From the human T2T-CHM13v2.0 reference genome, Homo sapiens, in assembly GCF_009914755.1 (NCBI RefSeq), contig NC_060935.1: DNA of 64,000 bases, one strand, 5' to 3'. The notes beneath the pieces were generated by a model. That model did not search any database. It worked only from the letters and a program-made list of their open reading frames with translations, and was not told where the DNA came from. A program made the position numbers and the translations under genes. Positions 1 to 18,821 of this stretch are shown here, in pieces. Within the stretch, counting starts at the first letter, position 1, and each line of letters starts with the position of its first letter.

Positions 1-201
1 TTCTGAGTAGCTGGGACTACAGGCATGCACCACCATGCCTAGCTAATTTTTCTGCCTTTTTTTTTTTTTTTTTTTTTTTTTTGGTAAAGACGGGATCTCA
101 CTATGTTGCTCAGGCTAGTCACAAATCCATGGTCTCAAGCAATCTCCCTGCCTTGGCCTCCCAAATTGCTGGGACTATAGGCATGAGCCACTGTGCCTGG
201 C
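1..201 (-). mobile_element. Alu (partial, cut by window start; expanded T linker)
   Basis: Alu consensus motifs gtagctgggactacaggc and gcatgagccactgtgcctggc. Confidence 0.9.
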
Positions 202-328
202 TTGCCTGATGAGTTTAACACATAAGAGGAGATTTATGTAAACAGGGAAGTGGATTTGGGGATGAATTAGTGACATGTTTATAGAAAATTAAACAAGTGG
301 CCAGAATTTGGGTGGAGATGCCTTCTCT

Positions 329-1110
<782 letters not shown>

Positions 1111-1266
1111 GAATTAAAAAGACAAACACAGTGTTAAAAAGCATGACAGGGGAACTCTGTAAGGAGTGTTGGAGGTGCTCTTAATATATTGTGAAGATTT
1201 TCCAGGGATAGATTTTTGAGGGTTTATGGTTATCCCAGGCTGTGTTTGGAGAATGCCAGCAGGAAG

Positions 1267-1658
<392 letters not shown>

Positions 1659-2069
1659 TCACTCATCCTGAGCAGGCGGTGCCCTCAGTCCACTTGCCAG
1701 ACAGCGTATGGCAGGGAGAGCCTGGCAAGGCCACCGGGCCTCTTCTGCTGACCTGCCGTGGGCAGATGGGGCTGCCAGTGTGGGTCCCGGCCCTGAGCAC
1801 CACACGGGGCTGTGGGTCCTTGGGGGCCACTCCAGGCCCTGGGCCTCAGTTTCCTCATATGTAAAATGCAATCATAATAATACCCGTTCATGTTGGTCCT
1901 AAGGAGTAAATGAGTTCATTTTTGCGTGTCAGGCTTAGAATAGTGTTATAGGGCTGAGGTTCCGAAAGGTATTGACACCTTAAAAAAAATTTTCCTACTA
2001 AAAAAAATTCCAATCCTGCAGAAAAGTTGTAAGAATAGTACAAAGAACTCCCTTATAAAAGGACTTCAC

Positions 2070-2548
<479 letters not shown>

Positions 2549-5500
2549 TCAGTGCAGGGCGCCCCTCCCCGGATCCCAACCCCGGATCTAATCCAATCCC
2601 TTTAGTCCCGTCTCTTTAGTCTCCCTTCATCTGGAGCAATTCCTCAGCCTTCTTTGTCCTTCCTAACTTTGACATTTTTGTAGTGTTATAAAGCCACTAG
2701 TTTTGTTGAATGCCCCTGGATTTTGGTTTGCTGATATTTCCTCATGACTGGACTCAGGTTATGCGTTTTTGGCCAGAATTCCACATGATCAGGAGGCACA
2801 TGATGTCGGCGTGCCCAGCAGGGGTGACGGTGACGCCCATGGCCTGGCCGAGGTGGTAGCCTTTTGCTGCTGTAAAGCGACTCGTGTTCCCTTTGTAATT
2901 AATAAGTAATCTATGGGAGATATTTTTGAGACTGTGCCTGTGTATCGTGTTTCCCAACGTGTTTTCACCTGATGGTTTGATTGTTTATTGAGCATTGACT
3001 CCTGACCAAACTCCTCCTGAAGTTCAGCTGCAGGTCAACATCTTGACGGGCATTGAGGTAAACACCAGCGTTCATTGTTTTTTGGCTGCCATCGTAAACC
3101 TTAGCATTAGGAAATATATTGATTTGTATCAGAGAGGTTTTATTTCATCTGGGACAAAAATGCTCTTCCTGGGTTTAAGTCGAAAAGGCCAGATTCATTG
3201 ATTCATTTGTTCACTAAGTATTTACTGAGTGCTTACTGTATGCCAGGCACTATTCCAGGTGCTGGGGACAAATTGTTTTCTTCCGGAAGCTGCATAGTAG
3301 TTGGGGAGTCAGACAGTCCATCCACCTGCTGCTGTGAGGGAGTGAGAAGTGAAGAGGAAGCAAGCTGGTGGAGGAGACAGAGGACCCCGAGGTTAGGGCT
3401 GCTGTTTTACCAGAGCTGACCGAGCCTGAGGAGCTGGCCTCAGAGCAGAGGCCTGGATGAAGCGAGGAGCAGCGTGGCTCGTTGGGTAGGAGGGTCAGCT
3501 CGGCCGTGGGAGCGGCCAGGGCACGGCCTGGAGAGGAGCCCATGGCTGACGCGAGTTAGTGGGTCAGTGGGGAGCCGGCGCGGCTGGAGCAGAGGCCCTA
3601 AGCGGGAGAGAGGCAGTGCATGAAGGTGGAAAGAGGGCCAGGGCGAGGTGACCAACAGCCTCGTAGTCCACGGCAGGAAGCGCGGGAGCTGTGGAGCAGG
3701 GGACAGTTTGAGGGTGGCAGCTCCCACCTCAGTGTGGCCCTGACTGAGGCTTTCGGTGGAGACCTGAGGGAAGCCAGGCCCCTTAGGAGTGAGTGCTCTA
3801 GGGGGACGTGGGGAGCTCTGAGAGTCCTGCAGTCAGGTTCCCATCCCTGCAGGTGCACCTCAGGAAAGGCAGGAGGATGGCAGGAAGTGAGCAGTTGGAA
3901 AATAAGCACCTGTGGATGCTCTTGCTGCTGAGGGGAGGCGGGAGGGGCTGGCTGGGTGAGACGCCAGTTTCCCTGCACCCTGGGTGGCTGGGGCAGGTCT
4001 CCCACAGGCCTCGGCAGACCAGGGCATGCTCACAGGCCGGGTGGCTTTCTGATCTGGAGCAGCCAGGAGCCCCAGGCTGGGAGCCCGGCTGGGTGACCCT
4101 GCCCGCAGAACCCGGCTGCTCTCCAGCGCCCGCTCTGCCTCTGTGCCCTGCCCATCTCTCCCCCACTCTCAGGGAGCTCCACTGCCCAACCCAGGCAACG
4201 GAGGCAACAGCGGAGAGAATCCAAGCTAGCCTGGGGGGAGCGCTTTTCTCCATGTGAGGCACTTCCTGAATCTTTCCTTCTACTGACTCGTTTAATTCTC
4301 CCAACAGCCCTGGAAGGTAGGTGCTGTTATTGTTACCCCAGATTGTAGAAGTCAGGAGACTGAAGCCACAGACAGTGTCAGTCACTAGCCTGAGGTTACG
4401 CCACTAATAAGTGCAGAGCCAGGACTTGCACCCAGGCTGACTGGCTCCAAAATCTCTGTTCTCATCCACCAAGCTCCACTGCAGATGTATGGATTTCCCT
4501 CAGGTCCACTGCAAGGGCCAAGGTGGTGCCGTTCAGTCTACTTCAAGCAGTCTCCCGCCTCTTGAGATCTTGGTGTGCCTGACCTCTGACCTCTGGCCCA
4601 TGACCTATGACGCTGAGCTGTTAGAGAACAGAGTGAGAAGCAAGAAAGAGTCTTTTGCTGCTCCTCAGAGAGTTGTGAGGAGGCCTTCATGCCCCTTTTT
4701 CAGGGTCAGATCCGGGGATTCCCAGGATTGGGTGACATTTATTTAGCAACTCGTGATCCAGCTGACACGTTTTATTGAATGTAAACAACTCTGTGAGGCA
4801 GATTTGATGACCACCCTTTAATAGGTGAGGAAGCCAAGGCTCTAAGACGTTAAGCCCCATGCCCAAGGGTACACAGCCAGTATGGAGAGTCATGTGGCCA
4901 GCCTGGGGCCAGTGGCCATGTCTTCCCACTGTGCTGCTGTGCCACCCAGAGCTGAGGGCCTGGGATGTTTGATGGGACAGAAGCCACGTGCCTGGTATGT
5001 CATCTCTGTGCATCCCCACTGGGACTTGGAAGTAGAAATTGGAAGTAGCCTGTGGTGTTGCAGGAGCACTGGCTTTAGGGTGAGATGGCCTCAGTTCCAG
5101 GTTCGCCTCTGCCACGTTTCACGGTGTGATACTGGATGACTCTTTTGAGTCCCAGCCCACCCTCTTCACTGACGTATGAAAGCGGGGTTAAAACCACCTA
5201 TGACCTCAGACCAAATATGAAAGTATAGGTTGATAGTTCTTAGCCGGGTTTTGCGGTGTGTGAGTGAGTATGAGGACTTCGTGGTGGTGAAATGTGCCCG
5301 CTGGGTTTTCAGCTCTCTCGGGTTTCCCTGGGAGAGCCTATCCGAACCCAGATTAAGAAAGTCAGAGGGAACCATGGGTCTTTTGAGAAAGATCCAAGCT
5401 GATTTGGAAATACCCCTAAGATCTATGTTAAAACACAATGTATACATGTTAGAGTAATGATGACAATTGTACCAGATGTTTTTAAAAATAAAGGAAAGGA

Positions 5501-5586
5501 CTTAACCAAAACCAGGTGGTTTTGGACCAGGAAGCTAGCCTAGAGTCTGTTTAGGAAAACTGCAAGACATCCTTCTAGTTTAAAAC

Positions 5587-5798
5587 TGTGCTTCTCACCT
5601 GGGGACACTTTTTCCTTTCAGGGGACACATTGGCAATGTCTGGAGACATTTTGGGTTGTCACAACTTGGGGAGGGTGCTACTAACATCCCAACAGAGGCC
5701 ACAGGGATGCAGCTGAACATCCTTCAATGCACAGGACAGCCCCTGCAACAGAATTATCCAGGCCAAAATGTCAGTGGTGCTGAGATTGAGAAACCCTG
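5587..5798 (+). mobile_element. MER20 (hAT-Charlie DNA transposon relic)
   Basis: Matches MER20 blocks: ttggcaatgtctggagacattttgggttgtcacaac, aatgcacaggacagcccc and ttgagaaaccctg. Confidence 0.85.
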
Positions 5799-6116
5799 GA
5801 TTAAACATCACAGCACTTATGTGGTGTTTACTGTGTGCCAGACATTGTTTTAAGAACTTCACAGGTAATTGACTTGTTTAATCCTCCCAGCCTTATGACA
5901 CAGGAGCTTTTACTATCCTCATTTGGCAGATGAAGAAGTAGGGGCACCAAGAGGTTAAACAGCTGAACCGTGCTCCCGGGTGGGGCCAAGGTCCCATTCA
6001 GAATAAGGAGCAGGCAGAGCCAGGACTTGAACTCAGTCTGGCTGCAGAGTCTGTGCCTGGAACCACTGCGCTCTGCTGCACTGCCCATCATTAAGGGGAC
6101 TACTGGGCTTTAAACC

Positions 6117-6483
<367 letters not shown>

Positions 6484-6511
6484 TAGAAATTTGGTATGTG
6501 AGAAGAGTTAG

Positions 6512-7036
<525 letters not shown>

Positions 7037-8372
7037 TAGGGGCCAGGCGCTGTGCTGGGCGAGGGGATGGGGGTACAGTAGAGAGCATGGCGGACAGAAT
7101 CCCCACCTCGTGCAGCTTACATCCCATGCACAGTCACACGGTGTGTGACCATACACAGATATCTCAGGATCTATGTGCTCTGTGAGATAATGAGGGCTGC
7201 AGAGAGAAATAGACAGGATAAGTGGGACCAGAAGGCCTGGGGCGGGCAATTGCCATTTTATATCGCATGGCGAGAGAAGGCTTTGGGGGTGGGGGAACTG
7301 ATGCTGGTCTTGGTCCCACCTGATGTGCTTGGGCATGCCATGGAGGCTCTCTGGGGACCTCAAAGCAATCCAGTCCTTTGGAAGAATGTGTGTCTGCTCT
7401 GCAGTAGCCTTGATCCAGCCTCGGGATGACTGTGCCATTGCTTTGGGTCCATGAATGGGTAAAAGGCTGATGTTGAGTGAGTCCCACCCTGTCCAGACTC
7501 TTATTCCTGGTTTCACCTGCGGCAAACCGGCCTGCAGGATCTCAGTCTCAGAGGAAAAACTCTTCCCTCACCGACTCCCCCTTGCATTCGTCCAAAAGAA
7601 GGCAGGACCCCATTGGCCCCGGGGATTTGGTGCAGGGACTCCATTCACAAGCTGGCAGTCGTCTGGCCAGGCCAGATGCAAGGCCATTTAGCTCCAAGAT
7701 CCTGACTCCTCCCTGGGCCTAGGCCCAGCGCCAACTGGAGCCTCTGCCTGGAACTGGCCCCATGTGAGTACTCAGAGTTAAATATGACTGATGCTTATTG
7801 ATGAGTCAGTTTCTTGCCCACTCACTGACTCTGACACTGTGCCTTGTCTTTATCACTCACCCTTGTTCTCTTCGAGCATTTCTCACTTTTCTCCCCAAGA
7901 TTCAGGTCACTGTGGTGGAGGGTGTTGTGATGTGAGGAACTCACAGCCACTCCTCCCTGGCCCAGAAGAAGGGAGGGTACGCTGTGTGTGTGGGCACTGC
8001 AAGGTGAATTGTACTTGACAGGAGTAAGGAAAGGGAGGCTGACAGGGCCTGCAGGAATGAAGTTTCCTTGGGAGACCTGTGTGCCGCCAGCCCCCTTCCC
8101 CAGCCTGGTTCAGCCCTGGTCTCCCTGGGCAGCAGTTTGCGTGGGGTGCATCTGGCTCAAGCTGACTTGTTTGTTGTTGTTGTTGTTGTTTGTTTGTTTG
8201 TTTTTAAAGTCCCAGCACTTGTTCTGTTTTCCAAGTGAAAAGGAACTATATCTCCACCTTCTTAGAGTTTCTGCTGTTCAGGGTCCTAGGGAATCTCCTG
8301 GAACAGTTGTTCTGTTGTGCTGGTTGTGCAGACCTGAGATTCAAGTAAGGAAGCCCTGATGTGGTTGGTGTG

Positions 8373-8547
8373 AGTAGCTGGGATTACAGGTGCTTGCCAC
8401 CATGCCTGGCTACTTTTTTGTATTTTTAGTAGAGATGGGGTTTTGCCATGTTGCTCAGGCTGGCCTCGAACTCCTGAGCTCAGGCAGTCCGCCTGTCTTG
8501 GCCTCCCAAAGTGCTAGGATTACAGGTGTGAGCCACTGTGCCTGGCC
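8373..8547 (-). mobile_element. Partial Alu
   Basis: tgagtagctgggattacagg through to gtgagccactgtgcctggcc. Confidence 0.88.
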
Positions 8548-8689
8548 ATGTATATTCCTTATTATATACCATTATGCAGTTCCATTCGGAGAAGAGCACA
8601 ATGAAAACTCCACTACTCTTCCAACTCCTGACTGACGGGAGCCGTTCATGTATTCCTTCTTGGCTATTTCTAGTTTACAAGCACTCAGC

Positions 8690-9266
8690 TTAACTGGCAA
8701 CACTCATTATGTTTACTGAGTACCTACTATGGACCTGGTCCTATGCCAGGCTTTGGAGAGTCACCAAGATGATGAAACCTAGACAGGATCTTCACAGTGT
8801 AACAGGGAAGATAGACTTGTAAACGGGCAATTGTGACAATGGGATAAGCACTCTGATGCCTAGACGAACTACCGTGGTGATGCAGAGGGACAGTGACCAG
8901 CGCAGACAGTTGGGACTTCACAGGGAGAGGATCCTCCCCTTGGGTCTTACAGGACAAATAGAAGTTTACCAGGTGCACAAGGGGAGGGAGGAGCAAGTCC
9001 AGAGGCACACAGAGCTGGAATCATCCGATGCTTTGGGGGAGCTGCAAGGAGTTTGGTGTGACTGGGGCTTGGGCTGCTGGAGGGTCAGAGGAGACAGCAC
9101 TGAGATGGTAGGCAGGGGCCAGGCGGAGGCACGTGGACTTTGTCCAGGGGGCCAGGAGTTCCTGAACCTTGCTTACCATCAGGATTGCCTGGGGGTTTTC
9201 ATAAATACCGAGCACAGAGCACTATTCCATATCTGCTGAATCTCACCCTTCAGGGAGTGGAGCTGG

Positions 9267-9302
<36 letters not shown>

Positions 9303-9670
9303 TTCTGACAACCATCAGATGTGAGAACAGTTGCCATAGGCAGTGAGGGTGCCCTAAACGGTTTTAAGCATGTGGATGATATGGCCCGATTTGCAGAATT
9401 AATTGGTGGAGTGGGGGTGAACATAGAACAGGAAGACTGGGAAAAACCAGTATGGGTCTGAACCAAGGTAGGGACAGTGGGGAAGGATTCTGGAGCAATT
9501 TAAGAGGTAGGTCTTCACAGGGCTGGATGGGGCTTAGCAACTGATTGACGTGGAGAGGGGAGGGAAGAGGTTGGGTGATGAGTGGATAGAAGGATAATTC
9601 ATGACCCAGTATAGGGGACAGAAACAGAAGAGTGGGTTTGCATGGAAGACAGTGAGTTCAGTTTGGAATT
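8690..9670 (+). mobile_element. L2 fragments with an embedded MER5-like piece (about 9155-9270) and a (CT)n repeat (9271-9297)
   Basis: L2 3'-end motif tttactgagtacctactatg...ccagg, L2-type purine-rich blocks, and gaatctcacc...ggaat resembling MER5. Confidence 0.5.
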
Positions 9671-9734
9671 TATTGAGCACTTACTATGTATAGTCCAAGA
9701 ACTGCTCTAAGCATTTATGCGCATCACACCTCAT

Positions 9735-10172
<438 letters not shown>

Positions 10173-11051
10173 TAACTTCCCAGTAAAAACTGCAGTGGGA
10201 TGTCTGGATCTGGAGCCTTTGAGATCATCTAGTTACAAATGTCTGTTTGTGAGTCATCCAGCTAGACTTCAACCTCAGCCTGGTGTTTGGATTCTCAGTC
10301 TGTCATCTAAGAGCAGCGTGACATTGTCCTTAATTTCGGAGCCCTGGTTTCCTTGTCTGAAAAATGTAACTAATGGCTCCTCCCTCCTGGGTGTTGTGGA
10401 AATTGAGAGAGGTGCCATATATCATGTGCCTGCTATTGTTTCCAGCACAGAATGATGCCAGGATGGCAGCCACCATCCTCTACTCTAGGTAACTGTTCAG
10501 AGGGACAGGCACAGCAATGGGCAGAGCTAAGACACCTGGGAGACGTGGCCAGGCCACACATGGCTGGAGGGGAAGTGCAAGGCAGCAGGCAGAAGCAGAG
10601 AGCAGGAGGTGATGAGGAAGGAGCAAGATGTCTCACGGGAGGTCAAGGCGGGAGAGAGGGTACCGAGGGAGCTGCCAATGTCACCTACTGCAAAGAAGTC
10701 CAGCCAGGTGAGTTGCAGAAAGCTGATGGCATCACCCTCTGCCCAGTTTATCAGCAGGGCTGGCCAAGTTCTTGGGCATGGTTTCAGATGGTGGCACTCC
10801 CCATTACATAGCTCTCTGTGTTTGTGTGAATTTTGTTCTTTCATTCTCCTTTTTTTTTATCTGGGCCCCTGGCCTGGAGGCTTCCCGTGGATGCAGCTCC
10901 CTGCCACTGTCCCAGAGGCCTCTCCCAGGAGACAGGATGTACCTTGGCCCAGGGTGCAGGCTCAGGAGCCAGATACTCATGGTTGGAATTGGCTGACCCA
11001 GCGTGAACTTCCTTGCACTTGCATTCTTCTTAACTGTAAAATGGGGACAAT

Positions 11052-11796
<745 letters not shown>

Positions 11797-13414
11797 CTAG
11801 GTGCTTTCATGTGCGTGTTCTCTGAAAACCTTCACCACCCTTATGTAGATATCATCAGCCCCATTTTACAAAGGAGGCATCAGTCGCTCACCCAGTGACA
11901 GCTGGGAGATGAAACCAGGTCTCCTTGGCTCAGAACCTGTTCACTCTCACTCTTATACTAGTCACAGGCAGATGCCCCTTTTCTGTGAATCAGGGACTGG
12001 CCGTGGGGAGGCCTGCTTATGGGGTGCGTTGGGGCTGTCTGTAGGGAATGCCGTCTCCCTCCCTCCCTTGTATTTCCGCTGGCTTCCTCTGGCATCACAT
12101 TCCCAGGAGATTTCAGGTCAGAGAGGAAATGCCTCTGTGGATGTACTGGCCATGCATTGCTCTGGCCCCGGCACTGCATGAGGAAGTGGCTGCCAGGTGT
12201 CCTCCAGACCCCTCCCAGGAAGGGGCCTCATTCGGTTTCTTGGGAACTGCCTGTCTTTTGTTGTGAATGGACCACATTGTGACCGGCCTGTGGGTCTTGT
12301 CAGGGGTTTGGGGCCCTCTGAGCTGAAATGCTTCCTGTGGGTAGAGAGTTGCAGGAGACCTCGAGGCCCAGCTGCCCTCTCCCCCGGTCCATCCCAGCTG
12401 AGAGGCGAGGATGCAATGCAGTGTGTTCAGCCCTCCAGGCTCAAGGTGTGAGGTTGTGTGGACCATAAGGCAGTCCCCGTGCCTCTAGCCTTCGGTGATG
12501 CTACCTGTCCAGCACTTCTGGGAGTGGAAGGAGGACCATGGATGGCTGCCTGGTAGTGTCGGTTCCCTGGCCTCCCCATCCCACCTCGTGTCCATGGCTC
12601 CTTCTCCTACATCAGTGAGCTCGGAGACCATTCTGACTGTGAGGAGGAAGGGGCAGTAGTATGTCCTCAGCCACTCCCCTCTCTGGTTTCCTAGCAGGTC
12701 TCTCCCCCAGATGTAGGGCAGAGTTCACTGTCCTGCATGAGTTCATGTTTGCAAAGGGCCCTGAGAGCCGGGGGAAGTAGAGGAGAGCTGGGGGTACTGG
12801 GGTTTGAGGCCTGTGAGCTCAGGGGCCTTCTCAGCCCAACCTCCTGCAGCCTCCTAACCTCAGACAGGCCTCCAGGACCATCTCTGTAAAGTAATGTCCT
12901 TGGGTCAACACAGGCCTGGGAAAGGTCCTCTGCAGACTGTTGACAGCAGCTGATCCAAGGGTGACACAAGGGCTGGGAGCCCTGGGTAGCCCTGAAAGGT
13001 CTTGGTGAGGTCACTGTCTCTGTGTCTCTACATAGCTTTCGTTTCTGCTTTGCCATGCGGGGTCTGTGTCAGCAGAGACTGCTGATAAACCGGCATCTGC
13101 AGCGGCTCCAGGCGGGCAGAGGTGCTGAGCCCACTGCTGATGAGAATCCCAGTGCGGCGGGAAACGTGCACACATGAGCTGCTAGAGGCAAAGGCTCTCA
13201 CTGCTCTGGTGGGTAGCTGGCCCCTCCACAGAAGGAAACCGTGGTGCCCTCAGCCTCCTACCTCTCTTTGCCCCATAGTCCTGAATAGAGTGAAATAGGA
13301 TCCATGGAGGCAGCTCTTCCCCTGAGTCCTGTGAGCGGTGGAGGGGGTCACTGCTATAGAGGGCAGACACAGCCTGGGTTTGGAGGCCTCCGCAGAGCAT
13401 GTGCACTATGCTGA

Positions 13415-13909
<495 letters not shown>

Positions 13910-15658
13910 TAATTAACCAACAAGGGTTGGCCTGAGCTCTCTGTGGGGACTGGGTGGATACCTGTCATACATAAGTGCTTTTGCTTTAATGGGTCAGCTT
14001 AAAGCCCTTTCTGGCTGTCCTCCCACCCAAGAGGTAAAATGGGGTGATGTTTGTGCCCATGACTACATAGGCCATTCCTTACCAGCCAAGTGGTCTGGGC
14101 AGCCACCTGTGCTTCCACCCGCATCTGGAGCCCTCGGGTGGGGTGTTTCCATTTTCTCCATTCCCCTTGACACCAGCAGATCCAGGCAGGCCCGTGTTCT
14201 GAAGCACTGGCAGGCAGGAACCATGGTGACCAACCCAAGGCATCTCCTCCTCAGCCCGAGCTGTGGAGCAGCTTAGCCCAGACTTCTACTCAGGCCCCTT
14301 GGCCCCGTGCCCTGCCTCCAAGCACCTCTGCTTCTCCTACTTTCCTAAGGAGCAGGTTTGGGAGGAGCCGTCCTCCCTCACAGGTATCCCTTTCCAGTTC
14401 CCTATGGTCTTCTGTCTCTCCCAGACCAGCCCACCACCAGAGTTATCACTTACCACCACCTCTTTTATACCTGAGAGTATCAGAAGCTTTTATACCCTGA
14501 CAGGGTCAGAAACAGGCAGAGCCACTGTGTTGCAGAGAGTGCTGTTCTTAACACAGACTGGAACCTGGCTGTGCTCAGCCTGCAACAGAAGAAGGGCCTG
14601 GATAAGGCCGAGGTAGGCAGGCAGGCATGGGTGCTGGGAGCAGACAGACATATTCTCTCCTGCACTTTCACCTGTGGAGTAATCCAGGCTCAGATGTGCC
14701 GTTCTGCTTTTGGTGGGCCCGTCTAGTTTCTGCACCCGTCAAAGGCTGGAGAGACTCTTGTAGAGAAGGTGCCTTGGAGTGAGCCTCGTCTGCCCCTCCG
14801 CGGGCTCGCTCCCTGTGCTTTCCCAGTTGTGGCTGCCTATGACACCTTCAGTTTTGACGTGGGGTAAAGGGGTGGGATTGTGGCTCAGGGTTGCACAGGC
14901 AAGTGAGCATAATTCGTCTCTTGACAAGAGGCTTGTGGGAATTCCCAAATGTGACCCAAGGGGTGGGAAAGAATTTGAAGGGATTTTCCGAAGTTGCAGC
15001 ATTGATCGATGATTCCCTAGAGCCAAGTAAGTTCAAAGAAGAGGGCTCTCCTTGTGTGGGGCGCTGCAGTGAGAGGCTAAGGGGACGCCTGCATCCACTC
15101 TGCCCTTCCCTGCAGCTTCTCTCTGCCTGTGCCACCTTCAGGCCTTGAAGGAGGGAGCCAGGACTGGCTCTGTAGGCATTTGAAGAGGTAGGACCTGATG
15201 GTCCCTTGTCTCAAACTGAGTGGTGGCTCTGCAAACCCCCATCTGTCTTGTGGGGCTGCCCTGCACCTAGAGATCCGGGGTCAGAGCCTGGGTCACAGGA
15301 AGCGGGGCCCACCGTTAATGAGAATCCCAGCAGGGCCATAGAGGTGTGGGGTAGGAGGAGGACCTTCTGCCGCACCAGACTCTTGAAGACTGAAGAGCTT
15401 GCCAGGGGATCGCAGTCTTAAGGTCATGGAGGGACAACAATAGACTTGTCCGTCTGTATTCCAGAAGCCCTGAATGCATTTGAGCCCACGGCAGAGAAGA
15501 GAAATCTGCCGTCCTTCTGACCCCAGTGCCTCCAGGCTCTGCTTCAGCTGCCAGTGGAACCTCCCTTTTTCTGTCCCCTTTAAGACAGGAAAGACTTTAG
15601 GAGCTGCACTCTGGCTGCCAGCCACAGGGCTGGAATTACTTGTCCTCAAGGGTCATGA

Positions 15659-15903
<245 letters not shown>

Positions 15904-18205
15904 TGACTTTTGATGATGCTGTATTTTAGCGTCTCAAATCTTTGACTTGTGACAGCACTGAATTGGTAGCTCTCTTTGAATTAGGCAATGTATCCAGCAG
16001 GAAGATAGGCCATGCCTGGGCTTCTATCCTTTGTCTTTGGGACAGGGAAGGGCTGGGGATAGGGAGGCACCCTGGTGTTTGCTTTGAGGAGCTTTCCTAG
16101 CCACCTTGAATCTCCTCCTGCCACTGGTCCTGGAAGTTACTGTCTCCAAACTGATGCCCCTGAATTAAAGAGATAATCCATTTTTTCATCCATTCAACAT
16201 GTATTTATCAGGTGCCTGTTTGCTAGAGACTGTGCCTCCTTAGAGGTTATAACATCCCTTCTTCTGTTCTCTTAAAGGATCACCTGTGTGTTCTTTTTTT
16301 TTATTTGTTTATTTTCTTGTAGGTTTAGTTCATGCATGTGGCAAAAATGCACACAGTACAGAGGATATTCAGTGAAAGTATGCTTCCTCACCCCACAGCC
16401 CTTCCTTTCCCTTCCCCAAAACAACTATTGTTGCTATTTCTTTGTCTCTGGTAACCTTTCTATATTGGGTATATAAACATATATGTACATGTATATATGG
16501 ATACACATGCATTTTCAGTTCACATGATTTAAATTCTTTGGTCTAAAGTTCTCAGACCAGGCAACTCTTCCTTTGAGTCACCCCAGAGGTTAAGAGATGG
16601 CTCTCCAACGCTCCAGCAATTCTCTTTCTTCCTGCCAGGAAACTATTACTTTGATTTTACTGTCTTGACTTGTAAAAAGAGACTGACGATGTCTATCTGT
16701 CTTCCCAGAGTGACTGATGGGCCACCTTCTGGGGCGCCAGCCTGAGGCCCTTTCCTGCCCCTGGGCTAGCTTTTTTCAGATGACTTCTCTGAGCGAGGAG
16801 GCCTTTGGCTGCCAGCAGGAAATTTTGGGTCATGTCTAATATCAAAGAATGGATTATTTTCCCTCCCTTACCCAGCCTGTGAACTGACACCCAACACCAT
16901 GGGCTGACACCCAGCACCAGGCTCCATGCCCTATTCTGTGCCAGTGGAGCAGAGAGTTGCGAGTTAGCGTCGTGTTTGTGATTTGTCAGCAGACATCATC
17001 TAAACAAATGTTACTATTATTTGGGAGTTTGGTGACAGTGACGCATAGAACAGCCGAAAACATACACCTTCACCACCACGTGCACACGTGCGCACGCACA
17101 CAAATTCAAGTTCAAGCAATTTTGTTTCTGGGCTTCTCTTTGGACTCCTAAGTCCAAAGTGAGAGAATACATTTCTTGGCCACAGGCCATGAGAGAGTAC
17201 ACAGGGGACTTGGGGCAAACTGAGGCCTGGTGCATGTAGCTCAGCTACACGTGGAGCTTCCTGTGGGCTCATCTGCAGAAGGTCTAAGGCAGAGAACACA
17301 GATTCTTAGAACTCTGGCAGGAAAGAATGTTCATGGCATGTAAAGACCATGGCATAGTTGGATATCAGCCAGTCATATAGAAAAGCCCATCCTGAATTTT
17401 CAATTTGAGGCCCCAGGAAATGTGGTTGGGTGAGTCATGGTCCTCAAATTATCTTCACAAGGAATCTGGTAGCTCAGACTGCAGGGCAGGGCACTGCTGG
17501 GTTCTCCCCGTGCCTGGCCCCTCAGAGCCTTGATGTCTGGGGCCTTCCAGGCGCATGGATGGAATTACCAGGCAAGGCCAGGGTTTAGGTGAGCAGGGTG
17601 GGTTTTCTCAGCAAGAGGAAGAGTTCATTTGCTCTCTGGCACAAGATCTTGACTTTGATTCTTTGTACTGTTGTGACCTCCAGGTTTTCAGCCAGGTTGT
17701 GCTCAGGAAGGACAGCAGGAAGGTATCCTGTGCGATAGGGGAAGAGAGAAACAAGCTAACTGCCCTGGTGTTGTGTGTGCTGCTGAGCTGGCCCTTGGCT
17801 CCCTTCTCAGCCTTCAGACCCCACTCCACCCCTTCATGGGCCTTGACTCCAAACAAATCAAGTTGCTTCCTCTCCCCTTCCGTATACATTCTATGCCCTA
17901 TACATTCTTGCCTCCGAGTCTTTGCTCTGTTTCCTCTACCTGAATACCCTTTCTCCAAATTCTACCTTTTTTCTAGACCTGATCCTCTGCCTTCTCTTCC
18001 AGGAGGCCTTCCTGGGTTCATCCAGGTAGCTAGAGTCTTTCCTTCCTCCTGCACTGGGATTATTTTGTGTCTTACAGTAGAGCTACTTGCATACATGCGA
18101 TAAGACTGTAAACTCTCGGAGGGAGAGAGTTGCCCTTGCTCTTTCTTGAACCTCCTGGCTCCCTGCCCCGACAGCTCTGGGGAGTGAGCATATAGAACTC
18201 TCTGC

Positions 18206-18543
<338 letters not shown>

Positions 18544-18710
18544 TTAAGACCATCCCACACGCCCGGGGTATGCAGATGCCCTGCGGGGTTTCTCCTGGTG
18601 CTGTAGGCCTCAGGGGTGGGTGCTTCCTGGCTTACGTGAGAACTCCAGGGTTGGCAGCCTCCCCAGGTCTGTTCCCTGCTGAGCCTGGTCTCCCCTTGCT
18701 CTCTACGCAG

Positions 18711-18821
18711 CTCGATGACTTGTACTTGATCGCCATCTGCCATCGCCGGGGCATCAGATCCCTACGCGACCTTACTCCGGAGCACTTGCCGCTGCTCAGG
18801 AACATCCTCCACCAGGGGCAG
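18711..18821 (+). CDS. DCPS: DCPS coding exon 5 (111 bp)
   Basis: Acceptor ctctacgcAG; donor CAG|GTgagt at 18822. Encodes [37 protein letters not shown]. Confidence 0.97.
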
